Origin: an uncultured Magnetovibrio sp.
Lineage (GTDB): Bacteria > Pseudomonadota > Alphaproteobacteria > Rhodospirillales > Casp-alpha2
Assembly (NCBI GenBank): GCA_964468005.1
Contig: CAYXUT010000004.1
Location: 1-39,753 of the forward strand
Length of the DNA stretch: 39,753 nucleotides
Direction of reading: 5' to 3'
Below the pieces are notes generated by a model that worked only from the letters and a program-made list of their open reading frames with translations, had not been told where the DNA came from and ran no database searches. Below are positions 1 through 9,661 of the stretch, in pieces; positions within the stretch are counted from its first letter, which is position 1, and every line of letters starts with the position of its first letter. Both the position numbers and the translations under genes were made by a program.

Positions 1-17
1 AGAATAGGTATTGAATA

Positions 18-1055
18 TTGAACTTCGCCAGCGACAACACCACCGGAGCTGCGCCTGAAATCATCGACGCGCTAACCGTCGCAAATGAAGGCGCACAATT
101 TGGTTATGGCAATGATGATTTGACGCACGATGCGGAGGATCAGATTTGCGAAATTTTCGAAACCAACGCCCAGGTGTTCCTGGTGGCCACCGGCACGGCC
201 GCGAATTCTCTGGCGCTCTCGGTTATGACACCGCCGCATGGGGCCGTGCTTTGCCACTGGTTTAGCCATGTCTATGAAGATGAATGCGGCGCCCCCGAGT
301 TTTTCTCAGGTGGTGCGCGCTTGATCCCAGTGGATGGCCCACAGGGCAAGCTCGATATCAAGGACTTGGCGCAAAAAGCTGCCTACGGGAAAGGCGACGT
401 ACACATGCTGCAGCCCTCGGCCGCGACGGTAACGCAGGTCTCGGAATTGGGTACCATTTACTCCTTGGATGAATTGCAGGCTATCGCCGATATCTGTCGC
501 GAGTACGATCTCGTCTTACACATGGATGGTGCGCGGTTCGCCAATGCGCTGGTCGCCTTGGGGTGCACGCCGGCGGAAATGAGTTGGAAGGCGGGAATTG
601 ATGTTTTGTCACTCGGCGCCACGAAGAACGGCGCGCTCGCCGTCGAGGCGGTGGTGATCTTTAAACCTGAACTGGCCGAGACTTTCGCCTTTCGCCGCAA
701 ACGCGCCGGGCATCTGTTCTCCAAAATGCGCCTGCTGTCTGCGCAGATGACGGCTTACCTGAAGGATGATCTCTGGCTCAAGAATGCCCGCCACGCCAAC
801 GACATGGCGGCAGCATTACATTCTGGACTCCGTGATATCCCGGGCGTCGAGTTTCCCTACACCACCGCCGCCAACATGCTGTTCCCGCGATTTTCGGCCG
901 AACTGACTAACGCCCTGCACGCCGACGGCTTCAAGTTCTACGACAACCGTTGGGAGGTTGGGATTTGCCGCTTGGTGACAGCATTCAATACCCAGCGCAA
1001 CGATGTCGATGCTTTCATTAAAGCGGCACGCCGCCATGCATCCAACGCAGCATAG
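18..1055 (+). CDS. ltaE: low-specificity L-threonine aldolase (PLP-dependent)
   Basis: 345-aa ORF from TTG. The N-terminus MNFASDNTTGAAPEI and internal GTAANSLAL, HMDGARFANA and LSLGATKNG (PLP-lysine context) fit threonine aldolases by eye. No competing ORF in the interval. Confidence 0.85.
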   Translation: MNFASDNTTGAAPEIIDALTVANEGAQFGYGNDDLTHDAEDQICEIFETNAQVFLVATGTAANSLALSVMTPPHGAVLCHWFSHVYEDECGAPEFFSGGARLIPVDGPQGKLDIKDLAQKAAYGKGDVHMLQPSAATVTQVSELGTIYSLDELQAIADICREYDLVLHMDGARFANALVALGCTPAEMSWKAGIDVLSLGATKNGALAVEAVVIFKPELAETFAFRRKRAGHLFSKMRLLSAQMTAYLKDDLWLKNARHANDMAAALHSGLRDIPGVEFPYTTAANMLFPRFSAELTNALHADGFKFYDNRWEVGICRLVTAFNTQRNDVDAFIKAARRHASNAA

Positions 1056-1061
1056 TCGCAC

Positions 1062-1274
1062 TCAGTCAAACGCCTCAGATATGATTTCATCGGTGATGGG
1101 CCGGACCGCTACCGGAGCATCGGCTTTAATCTCTTCACGCAAAACGGCATGGCCCCTGTGCACGCAAATCCTGAGATAAACCAGCGGCGGCATGCCCGCT
1201 ATCGCCGCCCAGGTTTCGAGACGCTGCCAATCAGCACCAGGTAAGAAATTTTCTAGTTCAATGGATTTCCTCAT
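1062..1274 (-). CDS. hypothetical small protein (70 aa)
   Basis: Complete ORF with a weak AAGGG about 8 nt upstream of the ATG. It converges on ltaE with a 6-nt gap. I recognise no motif, and it could be part of the decayed locus immediately upstream. Confidence 0.35.
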   Translation of the reverse strand: MRKSIELENFLPGADWQRLETWAAIAGMPPLVYLRICVHRGHAVLREEIKADAPVAVRPITDEIISEAFD

Positions 1275-1521
1275 GGCCGGCCCTTTACGTCAACTGATGC
1301 CAGCTTAACTTCTCTTTCCTAAAAAAGCATTGATTGCGCGCGGTCTCACGCAACCAGGTTCCAAACGGGTATATCAGGCTACGAACCACGCGGAGTTCTG
1401 CGCAAAAAACAACCTAATCTCGTCGGGTCTTCTTATTCTCGGCACCCTACCCCGCCATAACAACACCTTCAGGGTTACCGGTGTCATGGGCCTGGATGAT
1501 CCGATTTGACACCAACTAACG

Positions 1522-1638
1522 TCAAATGCCCTTGTCCATGAGGCCTAAGCGGTTGCGTAGCACGAAAATCAACGGCGTGGCGGGATCGGTCTCCAGCGTG
1601 TGAGTGGTATCGTTGACAGTGAGTTTTGTCTTTTCCAT
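1522..1638 (-). pseudogene. N-terminal stub of a [2Fe-2S] small subunit of a molybdo-hydroxylase (IorA/CoxS-like)
   Basis: The minus-strand ATG at 1638 gives MEKTKLTVNDTTHTLETDPATPLIFVLRNRLGLMDKGI*. This matches the L-x-VNG ... PLL-x-LR-x-LGL-TGTK start of these subunits, but it stops before the first Cys cluster. Weak frame-shifted echoes continue to about 1290. Confidence 0.35.
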
Positions 1639-1671
1639 GGTCTTTAGCTCTATCGAATGCTTGCCTTCGCT

Positions 1672-2559
1672 TCAACTTCCAAGGCGGTGTCTGGTCGTCT
1701 CACGGTGCGCGATATAGACGCCGCTCAGGAAGATCAGCACGCCACCGGCCCAGGCGGTCCAGCCCGGCACCTCGTCGAAAAGCACATAGGCGAGCAAAGA
1801 GATCCACAAGAGTTTGGTGAAGTCGAATGGCATAATAACGCTGAGATCGGCCTCGCGTAGCACCAACGGCCAGATAAAATGAACCGTATTCCCGATCGCC
1901 CCCATGAGCGCCAACCAGCCCAGGTCCTGCCATGTCGGCCATTGCCAGACGAAAAGCGCAGGGATCAGTGACAAAGGTGTCAGCAAGACCGCCATATAAG
2001 CGACGATAGTGAGGCTCGATTCGGTGCGCGCGAGCGACTTAATCAATAATAGGACGCCGGCCCAAGCGAGTGTCGCTAGCAAGGTTAGAAAATGGCCTTC
2101 GGAAAGTTCAGCAAAACCAGGCTGCACAATCACCATGGCACCGAGGAACCCGACGAATATAGCACTCCAGCGATGTAGGCCGACGATCTCTTTCAAGATC
2201 AACACACCGAGCACGGTAGCGAATACCGGCGCTGTAAAGCCGAGTGCCACGATCTCGGCTAGTGGCGTGATTGCCACGGCGGTAAAAAAGAAAAGCATGT
2301 TGATCACATTGAGACCGGCGCGCCCCAGGTGCGCACCCAGACGCTTGGTCTTGAACACCACCAAGCCGTAGCGCATCAGAAATGGCATTAAGAACAAGAG
2401 CCCAAAGAAATTTCGAAAGAACACCAACTCGAACGGATGAACACTCTGGGTCAGGTGGCGTGCGACAGCGTTCATGCATGCCCCCAACAGTGTCGCCAAA
2501 AGCGTCAGAAATATTCCCCGCGTAGCACCCGACATCGACGCCTGGCTAGGCATGGCCAA
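1672..2559 (-). CDS. DMT superfamily (EamA-type) transporter
   Basis: 295-aa protein, hydrophobic throughout, with a two-fold EamA-like repeat pattern. It starts 3 nt after the stop of the upstream cupin gene, so the two are a likely operon. Confidence 0.85.
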   Translation of the reverse strand: MAMPSQASMSGATRGIFLTLLATLLGACMNAVARHLTQSVHPFELVFFRNFFGLLFLMPFLMRYGLVVFKTKRLGAHLGRAGLNVINMLFFFTAVAITPLAEIVALGFTAPVFATVLGVLILKEIVGLHRWSAIFVGFLGAMVIVQPGFAELSEGHFLTLLATLAWAGVLLLIKSLARTESSLTIVAYMAVLLTPLSLIPALFVWQWPTWQDLGWLALMGAIGNTVHFIWPLVLREADLSVIMPFDFTKLLWISLLAYVLFDEVPGWTAWAGGVLIFLSGVYIAHRETTRHRLGS

Positions 2560-2562
2560 ATC

Positions 2563-3120
2563 TCAGACGGTATCGAAAAAACGGTTGGCTTCCTCGAACT
2601 GAGCAATGTTGCGCTCGACGTTGTAGGGCTGCTCAAGGAGGTTTTCCGGATCCCACTCGCTCCTCGGCTCGGCAAAGAACTCACCGCCATAGACGTGCAG
2701 TGCGCCGGTGCAGCGTTCCAGCGGATTGGTAACCGAATGCACCACGTCCTTGCCCAATGGCGACACTTCGCGCTCACTGACCGACTTAGCGCCGGCGGCT
2801 TCCAAAAGGCCGCCCGCGGCACCCTTAACGCGCCGCCAAAAGATATTGTCTTCGCGCCCCGCATAGAGGCCAATCACCGCCCACATGTTATGGTTATGAG
2901 GTCGAAGTGTCATCCGGGGCGCCCAAACCAGATTGAGGATGGTGAGTTCGTCAGACACATAAAGTCGATGTACGCCGCCGCGTTCGGGCTCGCCAATGGC
3001 GCACATCAGTGCAGCCGGGTCGGAAACAGTGCGTTCGACCAGTCCATGAACAGCCGTGTGGCTGTCACTTTCCTTGATGGCCTCCTTGCAATTTTCAATG
3101 AATTGTTCGAGCTCGAACAT
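2563..3120 (-). CDS. cupin / double-stranded beta-helix metalloprotein (cysteine-dioxygenase-like fold)
   Basis: 185 aa. The metal-site-like PHNHNMWAVIGLYAGRE plus the later VHSVTNP and ALHVYGG are typical of predicted metal-dependent DSBH enzymes. Confidence 0.75.
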   Translation of the reverse strand: MFELEQFIENCKEAIKESDSHTAVHGLVERTVSDPAALMCAIGEPERGGVHRLYVSDELTILNLVWAPRMTLRPHNHNMWAVIGLYAGREDNIFWRRVKGAAGGLLEAAGAKSVSEREVSPLGKDVVHSVTNPLERCTGALHVYGGEFFAEPRSEWDPENLLEQPYNVERNIAQFEEANRFFDTV

Positions 3121-3244
3121 GGTATCCCCCTCCGATCATCCACCGTCAGCATTAGCGCGCCTTTACCTAAGCGTCAAACTACCAGCATTTTCCAAGGCCC
3201 CGGATCGGCTATGATTGTCGCATACAAACGGGAGACGCGAAATC

Positions 3245-4117
3245 ATGGCTGGAGAAAACACCAAAGTCTGGCTCGATTACAATCAGAAAGAGCTGAACCG
3301 CCAGTACGACCAGCGAGAACTGGTACCCAATGCCAATGAGTACATGGCTCGCCATAACACACTAAGTGAGGAAGTGCGCGCACGCCTGAAATGCCGCATA
3401 AACGTACCTTACGGGCCGACACCGGACGAGGTGGTGGATATCTTCCCAGCCAACAAGCCCGGCGGGCCGGTAGCGGTCTACTTCCATGGTGGTGCCTGGA
3501 CTCGCTGGCACAAAGACAACAACAGCTACCAAGCGCCAACATTCGTCGATCACGGCATCAGCTTCGTCTCGGTTAATTTCGCCCTGGTGCCGCGGGTGAC
3601 GCTTGATGAATTGGTGCGCCAGTGCCGCGCCTCCGTGCAATGGACCCATCGCAATGCCAGGAGTTTCGGGGCCGATCCAGACAAACTCTATGTCGCCGGC
3701 CATTCATCTGGTGGCCATGTGGTTGGGCTTCTGGTTGTGACCGATTGGGCTAGAGATTGGGAAGTTCCAGCCGATGTGATCAAAGGCGCCGTCTCGGTGA
3801 GCGGCATGTACGATTTGGAACCAGTACGGCTAAGTTCGCGCAATGAGTACCTTAACCTCAGCGATGAAGCGGTCGATCGGTTGAGCGCGCTGCGGCAAAT
3901 TTCCACGCACATGCCGCCCATGGTGATTGCCTATGGCGAAAAGGAACAGATCGAGTTTCGACGACATTCCAAGGTCTGGGCCGCTGAACTCCGCCGACGA
4001 GGCCATACCGTGACGGAACTCGACATGCCAGGCAACAATCACTTCGACATGGCCGAGGAGTTCGCTAATGCTGACTCACCGGTCATGCGTGAAACATTTG
4101 AGATGATTGGGGTATAG
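3245..4117 (+). CDS. alpha/beta hydrolase (esterase / arylformamidase-like)
   Basis: HGGAW oxyanion-hole motif and GHSSGG nucleophile elbow. I prefer the ATG at 3245 (GGAGA 8 nt upstream) over the TTG at 3215 used in the track. Confidence 0.8.
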   Translation: MAGENTKVWLDYNQKELNRQYDQRELVPNANEYMARHNTLSEEVRARLKCRINVPYGPTPDEVVDIFPANKPGGPVAVYFHGGAWTRWHKDNNSYQAPTFVDHGISFVSVNFALVPRVTLDELVRQCRASVQWTHRNARSFGADPDKLYVAGHSSGGHVVGLLVVTDWARDWEVPADVIKGAVSVSGMYDLEPVRLSSRNEYLNLSDEAVDRLSALRQISTHMPPMVIAYGEKEQIEFRRHSKVWAAELRRRGHTVTELDMPGNNHFDMAEEFANADSPVMRETFEMIGV

Positions 4118-4257
4118 CGCTTACTCGCCTCCTGCCAGATGCATGCTAACGATATAGCCGAACACCAACGCCGGACCGAGCGTAATACCGGGACCGGGAT
4201 AGCGAGGGCCAAAAGAAATCTGGCTCCTCAAAATTATCCATCAGATAACCGGACGGC

Positions 4258-4953
4258 TTAGAAATATTCCATCCAAGGGCGGAGTTCAACCTCCCAGGTC
4301 CAGGCGCTACGCGGTTGGTCATGGATGTGCAAATAGGTATCAGCAATGGCGTTAGGATCGAGCAATGCATTCTCTCCCCGGGCTTCAGCGCGTGGGTCGT
4401 TATGAGCCTTGATACCACCATCAATGACGAAATGGGCTACATGAATATTCTGGGGTGCCAACTCGCGCGCCATGCTTTGCGCCAGACCGCGCAGGCCAAA
4501 CTTGCCCATAGCGAAAGGCGCGGAATTCTTATAACCCTTCACACTGGCGGACGCTCCGGTGAACAGAATGCTGCCACGCCCTACGGAAAGCATACGCTTA
4601 GCCGCCTCTTGGCCAACCAAAAAACCGCCATAACACGTGATCATTAGAGTTTTATAGACTTCATCCGCATCAAGCTCGATGAATGGCGCGCGCTGCCGAT
4701 AGCTCGGGTTGTAAACGACCAAGCTTGGCACACACGGCTCTTCATCAAGCGCGGTGAATAGTGCTGAAACCTGATCGGGGTCCGAGACATCGCAGGCATG
4801 CACACCAGCGCCGGTCTCTTCCGCCAACTGTGCCAGCTTGCCAGTGTTGCGCGCAGCCAGTTGCACGGACATGCCACGTTCCGCGCACTGCCTAGCTAGG
4901 GCAGCGCTTAAGCCTGCTCCGGCGCCGACAATGAGAGCAACATCGTCCGGCAT
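4258..4953 (-). CDS. short-chain dehydrogenase/reductase family protein (atypical active-site motif)
   Basis: 231 aa with an N-terminal Rossmann VGAGAGLSAALA, then TGASAS ... PFAMGKFGLRGLAQSMAREL. Its ATG lies 3 nt after the prpE stop. Confidence 0.85.
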   Translation of the reverse strand: MPDDVALIVGAGAGLSAALARQCAERGMSVQLAARNTGKLAQLAEETGAGVHACDVSDPDQVSALFTALDEEPCVPSLVVYNPSYRQRAPFIELDADEVYKTLMITCYGGFLVGQEAAKRMLSVGRGSILFTGASASVKGYKNSAPFAMGKFGLRGLAQSMARELAPQNIHVAHFVIDGGIKAHNDPRAEARGENALLDPNAIADTYLHIHDQPRSAWTWEVELRPWMEYF

Positions 4954-4956
4954 GGC

Positions 4957-6864
4957 CTAAGATCGAGCCTTCGAATAGCCAATGGCCTGCAGAGCCATGT
5001 CAATTTCTTCCAGGATCTCCGAATCATCAATCGTCGCCGGTATCTTAAAATCTTGGTTGTCGGCGATCTTTTGCATGGTACCGCGTAGTATCTTGCCGGA
5101 TCGCGTCTTCGGCAACCGCTCGATCACCACCGCTTGTTTGAACGCGGCAACTGCGCCGATCTTATCGCGCACCATCTGCACGGTTTCACCGACGATTTCG
5201 GAGCCGTCCTTCACTGTGCCGGAATTAAGAACAAGGAAGCCGACCGGCAATTGTCCCTTGAGCTGGTCCTCAACCCCAATGACCGCACACTCGGCAACGT
5301 CGGGATGCTCGGCCAGGACCTCCTCCATGCCGCCGGTCGACAGCCGGTGACCGGCGACGTTGATGATGTCGTCGGTGCGTGCCATGATATAGAGGTAGCC
5401 GTCCTCATCGATCATCCCGGCATCCGACGTCTCGTAGTAGCCGGGAAACTCGGTCAAATATTTCTCCTTGAACAATTCGTCCTTCTGCCAAAGCGACGGC
5501 AGTGCTGATGGTGGTAGCGGAAGCTTAACTACAATAGCGCCTATATCGCCGGGCACCACTTGATTACCGGTCTCATCAAGGACTTGCACGTCCCAGCCCG
5601 GTACCGCCTTGGTTGGCGAGCCTGCCTTAACCTCGAAGCGGTGCAGCCCCATACAGTTAGCGGCAATGGCCCAGCCGGTCTCAGTCTGCCACCAGTGGTC
5701 GATCACCGGCACGCCAAGTTTTTCCTCGGCCCAGTGCAGGGTGTCAGGGTCGGTACGCTCACCAGCCAAGAACAAGGTTTTGAAGGCACTCAGATCATAC
5801 TGTTTGAGTAGTTCGCCGTTGGGGTCTTCACGCTTGATGGCGCGAAATGCAGTCGGCGCCGTGAACATAGCTTTCACTTTGTGCTCAGAGATCACCCGCC
5901 AAAAGGCGCCGGCGTCGGGCGTGCCGACTGGCTTGCCCTCGTAGAGGATAGTGCTGCAGCCATGCAGCAAAGGTGCGTAAACGATGTAGCTGTGACCGAC
6001 CACCCAACCAACGTCAGAAGCCGACCAATAAGCATCACCCGGATCAACATCATAGATGTTCTTCATCGACCATTTGAGTGCCACCATGTGGCCGCCGTTA
6101 TCACGAATCACACCCTTCGGCTCGCCGGTGGTTCCCGACGTATAGAGAATATACAAAGGATCGGTAGCCGCGACAGAAACGCAATCGGTGGGCTCGGCAT
6201 CGGCCATTGCGCTGGCCCAATCGACGTCACGGCTGCCTTGCAATATGGCATCCGTCTCGGGCCTCGCCAAGATGATGCAGGTCTCGGGCTTGTGGCTGGC
6301 TAAATCAATAGCGCCGTTCAGAAGCGGCATGTATTCTATCACCCGGTTGACCTCGATCCCGCAGGTGGCGGAGACGATGGCCTTTGGCTTGGCATCATCG
6401 ATGCGCACCGCTAATTCGTTGGCCGCAAATCCACCGAAAACAACGGAGTGAATAGCACCCAGACGCGCGCAGGCAAGCATGGCAATAGCTGCCTCCGGCA
6501 CCATCGGCATATAAATGATTACCCTATCACCCTTACGCACACCGCGTCCCTTCAAGACGCCGGCAAAGCGCGACACCTCATCCAGCAATTGCGCGTAGGT
6601 GTACGTACGAACCGTATTACCAGTAACCGGGCTGTCATAGATGATCGCGGCCTGGTCGGCGCGGCCGGCCTCGACATGGCGGTCAACTGCGTTGTAGCAA
6701 GTGTTACACTCGGCCCCGACGAACCACCGGTAAAACGGCGGATTTGAGTCATCTAAAACCTTATCCCAGGTTTTATTCCAATCAATCCCGCTTGCCGCGT
6801 CGGCCCAGAACCCTTCCGGATCCTCGAGCGAGCGTGAATAGGCTTCATCATATGCGTTGGTCAT
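4957..6864 (-). CDS. prpE: propionate--CoA ligase (acetyl/propionyl-CoA synthetase family)
   Basis: 635 aa. It has the AMP-binding YTSGTTGEPKG, WWQTETG and the C-terminal KTRSGKILR plus the KIPATIDD tail typical of PrpE. GGGAG SD before the ATG. Confidence 0.75.
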   Translation of the reverse strand: MTNAYDEAYSRSLEDPEGFWADAASGIDWNKTWDKVLDDSNPPFYRWFVGAECNTCYNAVDRHVEAGRADQAAIIYDSPVTGNTVRTYTYAQLLDEVSRFAGVLKGRGVRKGDRVIIYMPMVPEAAIAMLACARLGAIHSVVFGGFAANELAVRIDDAKPKAIVSATCGIEVNRVIEYMPLLNGAIDLASHKPETCIILARPETDAILQGSRDVDWASAMADAEPTDCVSVAATDPLYILYTSGTTGEPKGVIRDNGGHMVALKWSMKNIYDVDPGDAYWSASDVGWVVGHSYIVYAPLLHGCSTILYEGKPVGTPDAGAFWRVISEHKVKAMFTAPTAFRAIKREDPNGELLKQYDLSAFKTLFLAGERTDPDTLHWAEEKLGVPVIDHWWQTETGWAIAANCMGLHRFEVKAGSPTKAVPGWDVQVLDETGNQVVPGDIGAIVVKLPLPPSALPSLWQKDELFKEKYLTEFPGYYETSDAGMIDEDGYLYIMARTDDIINVAGHRLSTGGMEEVLAEHPDVAECAVIGVEDQLKGQLPVGFLVLNSGTVKDGSEIVGETVQMVRDKIGAVAAFKQAVVIERLPKTRSGKILRGTMQKIADNQDFKIPATIDDSEILEEIDMALQAIGYSKARS

Positions 6865-6980
6865 ATCACTCCCAATTGCCGCTCAGGCGACTTCCTGTAA
6901 TCCGTCTGTTTCGCCAGACAGGCGTGCGGGCCAAGTCTTTCACCATCACGCACAGTGTAGCGCCAAATACCGCAATCTCA

Positions 6981-7740
6981 ATGATCCCGGCAAACCTGAA
7001 AAGGCGAATAGGCGGCGTAGTTATTTAGACCGGCTTCCTTGACCTTGCGCATGGCTTGGTCAGCAGCATTGAGTGAATCGTGATTGGTTTAAACATGGGT
7101 TAGAAAATAACTGACACTAATACTCAGACCAACCAAGCAGATCCCATTCCCAACATCGACTTCAATCGGCTTCGGCACGTCTTCTAATAGCTTCTTGGGA
7201 TGTTCTCCAAAAGCACTACGACCCCATCTTCACCCATGGAGGGCGCTGTGCTTATAGTACGCCAACAGTTCTAGCCCCACGACCCACCGCGATTGGCCTT
7301 CAACGTATCAAGGAAACGTCGACCATCGTTCGGAACGACAAAGGGGGCTTCGGTCGGCATGTCGCTGAATTCTTCAGATCTGTATCCGATGATGTCACGT
7401 GACGAGCGTGACATCGTGTCGAACTTTCCGTCCGCAGTGGTGCTGCAGAAGGTATCGGTCAGGGTATCGAAGTTAGTCCAGAAATTCTCCTGGCCCTGAT
7501 TGAGTTTGCTAGCATGTGCTGCGACGGCTCTTCTGGAAAATTAGATTGTGGAGATCAACACGAAGATGAAACGACCGACATGTTCAACACGAGTAAAGGA
7601 AGGTGGCCAATAATCTTCGCCTTTAGTATGAGCTCGGCAACATAGGTAGCAAAATACATTCTGACGACACGTCCACCGAGTCGAAGAAAGTCCACTCAGC
7701 AATGCCAGTTGCTGGTCCGTTCTTATAATTATTCTCAACT
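6981..7740 (-). pseudogene. relic of a PAS-GGDEF signalling gene
   Basis: Minus-strand fragments lie in different frames. 7271..7540 reads ...ADGKFDTMSRSSRDIIGYRSEEFSDM...VVPNDGRRF (PAS-like) with no start codon. 6981..7088 reads SLNAADQAMRKVKEAGLNNYAAY (GGDEF C-terminal AD-x-AMY-x-AK-x-GRN-x-Y). Several stops and frameshifts interrupt the region. Confidence 0.4.
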
Positions 7741-8020
7741 AAAACCGATCAGCGTGTGCCGTACAACAAACAATCTAAATACCGCCCGGAACTGTCAAAG
7801 AAGCCTCAAGTTCGACAACAGGGCGATACGATATGGGGTTGACAATGCCACAAGTCAAAGCAAGTTCTTTTTGTTTCGTCACTTTTTTCTAATGCCCTAA
7901 TAGCGCTGTGATATTCTTTGCCGAATTTATTTTTTCTGTGCGAAATTTATGGAAATTCTCATCTATCATGGCAGTCTTATGCCAAGCAAATCTATAACCT
8001 AATTCACAGGGAACGCGATC

Positions 8021-9661
8021 ATGAGTGCCAACAGCATTTACGACAAGGATTTGGCTAAATCCCAAGCCAATTACACGCCCCTATCGCCCCTGACATTCAT
8101 CGGACGCACGGCCACCACCTATCCGGAGCTAACATCAGTCATCCACGGCACCAAGCGCTTCACCTGGTCGGAAACCCACGCCAGGGCTAAGCGTCTGGCA
8201 TCAGCCCTTGACGGGCTCGGCTTGGGTTTCGGCGATACGGTCGCCGTCATGGCATCTAACACCCCAGAAATGTATGAATGTGCTTTCGGGCCGGCGATGA
8301 TCGGCGCCATCGTCAACACCTTGAATGTTCGCCTTGATGCATCGGCGCTAGCATTTTGTCTCTGTCACAGCGAAGCCAAGGTTCTAATCACCGATACGGA
8401 ATTTGCACCGACGGTTAAACAAGCGCTCTCTAAAGTCGGCCGCACCAATATCACCGTCATCGATATCGTCGATTCCGAAAGCGACTTCGTTGACGGCGAA
8501 CGCCTGGGTGAAATCGACTACGAGGCCTTCATTGACGGCGGCGACCCAGTATTCGAATACGGCCTGACCGATGATGAGTGGAACGCCATCTCACTTAACT
8601 ACACGTCGGGTACCACGGGTGACCCGAAGGGCGTTGTCTATCATCACCGTGGTGCTTATTTGAATGCGCTGTCAAATGCCATCGGCTGGGACATGGGACA
8701 CCATGCGATCTATCTTTGGACATTGCCTATGTTCCATTGCAATGGCTGGTGCTTCCCCTGGACTCTGGCTGCCATCGTCGGCACCAATGTCTGCCTGCGC
8801 CGCGTCAATGCCACCAATATTTACGCCGCTATCGCCGAGCATGAGGTAACACATTTCTGCGGCGCGCCGATTGTCTTAAATTTAGTTATCAATGCCACGG
8901 ACGAAGAGCGACGCGACTTTGACCACCAGGTTAAAGTTATGACAGCCGCAGCACCACCGCCAGCGGCGACACTACAGCGAATGCAGGAACAAGGCTTTGA
9001 CGTCACCCATGTCTATGGCCTAACCGAGACCTACGGGCCGGCGGTCATCTGCGCATGGAATCCCGAATGGAACGAACTCCCGATCGAAGAGCAAGCCATC
9101 AAGAAAAGTCGCCAGGGCGTGGCCTATCACGTTTTACAAGGCCTGCAAGTCATGAATCCCGACACCATGCAGCCGGTGCCGGCCGACGGCGAGACCATGG
9201 GTGAGGTCATGTTCCAAGGAAACAACGTCATGAAGGGCTACCTCAAGAACCCAATATCCACCGATGCGTCGCTGGCCGGCGGCTGGTTCCATTCCGGCGA
9301 CCTGGGCGTCGTTCATCCAGATGGCTATATCAAGCTCAAGGATCGCTCTAAGGACATCATTATCTCCGGTGGTGAGAACATCTCATCAATCGAGGTCGAG
9401 GATACACTGGCAATGCATCCGGCCGTGATGCTCGCTGCCGTGGTCGCCAAGCCGGACAACAAATGGGGCGAGACGCCATGCGCTTTTATCGAACTGAAGG
9501 AAAAGATCGAACCGCCAACAGAGAAAGATATTATCGGTTTCTGCCGCAGAAGACTGGCGCATTACAAATGCCCAAAGGATGTAATCTTTGGCGACCTGCC
9601 AAAGACCTCAACAGGCAAGATACAGAAGTTCAAGCTGCGCCAGCAATTTATGGAAGAGTGA
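8021..9661 (+). CDS. AMP-forming acyl-CoA synthetase (short/medium-chain, AAE7/ACN1-like)
   Basis: 546 aa with YTSGTTGDPKG, YGLTETYGP and a C-terminal KTSTGKIQK. AGGGA SD before the ATG. Confidence 0.85.
   Translation: MSANSIYDKDLAKSQANYTPLSPLTFIGRTATTYPELTSVIHGTKRFTWSETHARAKRLASALDGLGLGFGDTVAVMASNTPEMYECAFGPAMIGAIVNTLNVRLDASALAFCLCHSEAKVLITDTEFAPTVKQALSKVGRTNITVIDIVDSESDFVDGERLGEIDYEAFIDGGDPVFEYGLTDDEWNAISLNYTSGTTGDPKGVVYHHRGAYLNALSNAIGWDMGHHAIYLWTLPMFHCNGWCFPWTLAAIVGTNVCLRRVNATNIYAAIAEHEVTHFCGAPIVLNLVINATDEERRDFDHQVKVMTAAAPPPAATLQRMQEQGFDVTHVYGLTETYGPAVICAWNPEWNELPIEEQAIKKSRQGVAYHVLQGLQVMNPDTMQPVPADGETMGEVMFQGNNVMKGYLKNPISTDASLAGGWFHSGDLGVVHPDGYIKLKDRSKDIIISGGENISSIEVEDTLAMHPAVMLAAVVAKPDNKWGETPCAFIELKEKIEPPTEKDIIGFCRRRLAHYKCPKDVIFGDLPKTSTGKIQKFKLRQQFMEE

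Noticed and set aside
2437-3339. 300-aa plus-strand ORF spanning the cupin gene and the hydrolase start.
   Set aside because: It is antisense to a well-supported cupin CDS, is Arg/Ala/Gly-rich, and has no SD or motifs. It is a typical shadow ORF in GC-rich coding DNA.
4118-4257. Possible small hydrophobic ORF (…FGPRYPGPGITLGPALVFGYIVSMHLAGGE) after a GAGGAG motif, on the minus strand between the hydrolase and SDR genes.
   Set aside because: There is no canonical start codon at a workable distance from the SD-like motif. The only in-frame candidates are an early TTG that overlaps the motif or a rare ATT.
7923-7958. Repeated GAATTTAT / GAAATTTAT / GAAATTC motifs upstream of the acyl-CoA synthetase gene, as a possible operator.
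   Set aside because: The context is AT-rich, so such repeats are expected by chance. There is no adjacent regulator gene and no clear dyad symmetry.
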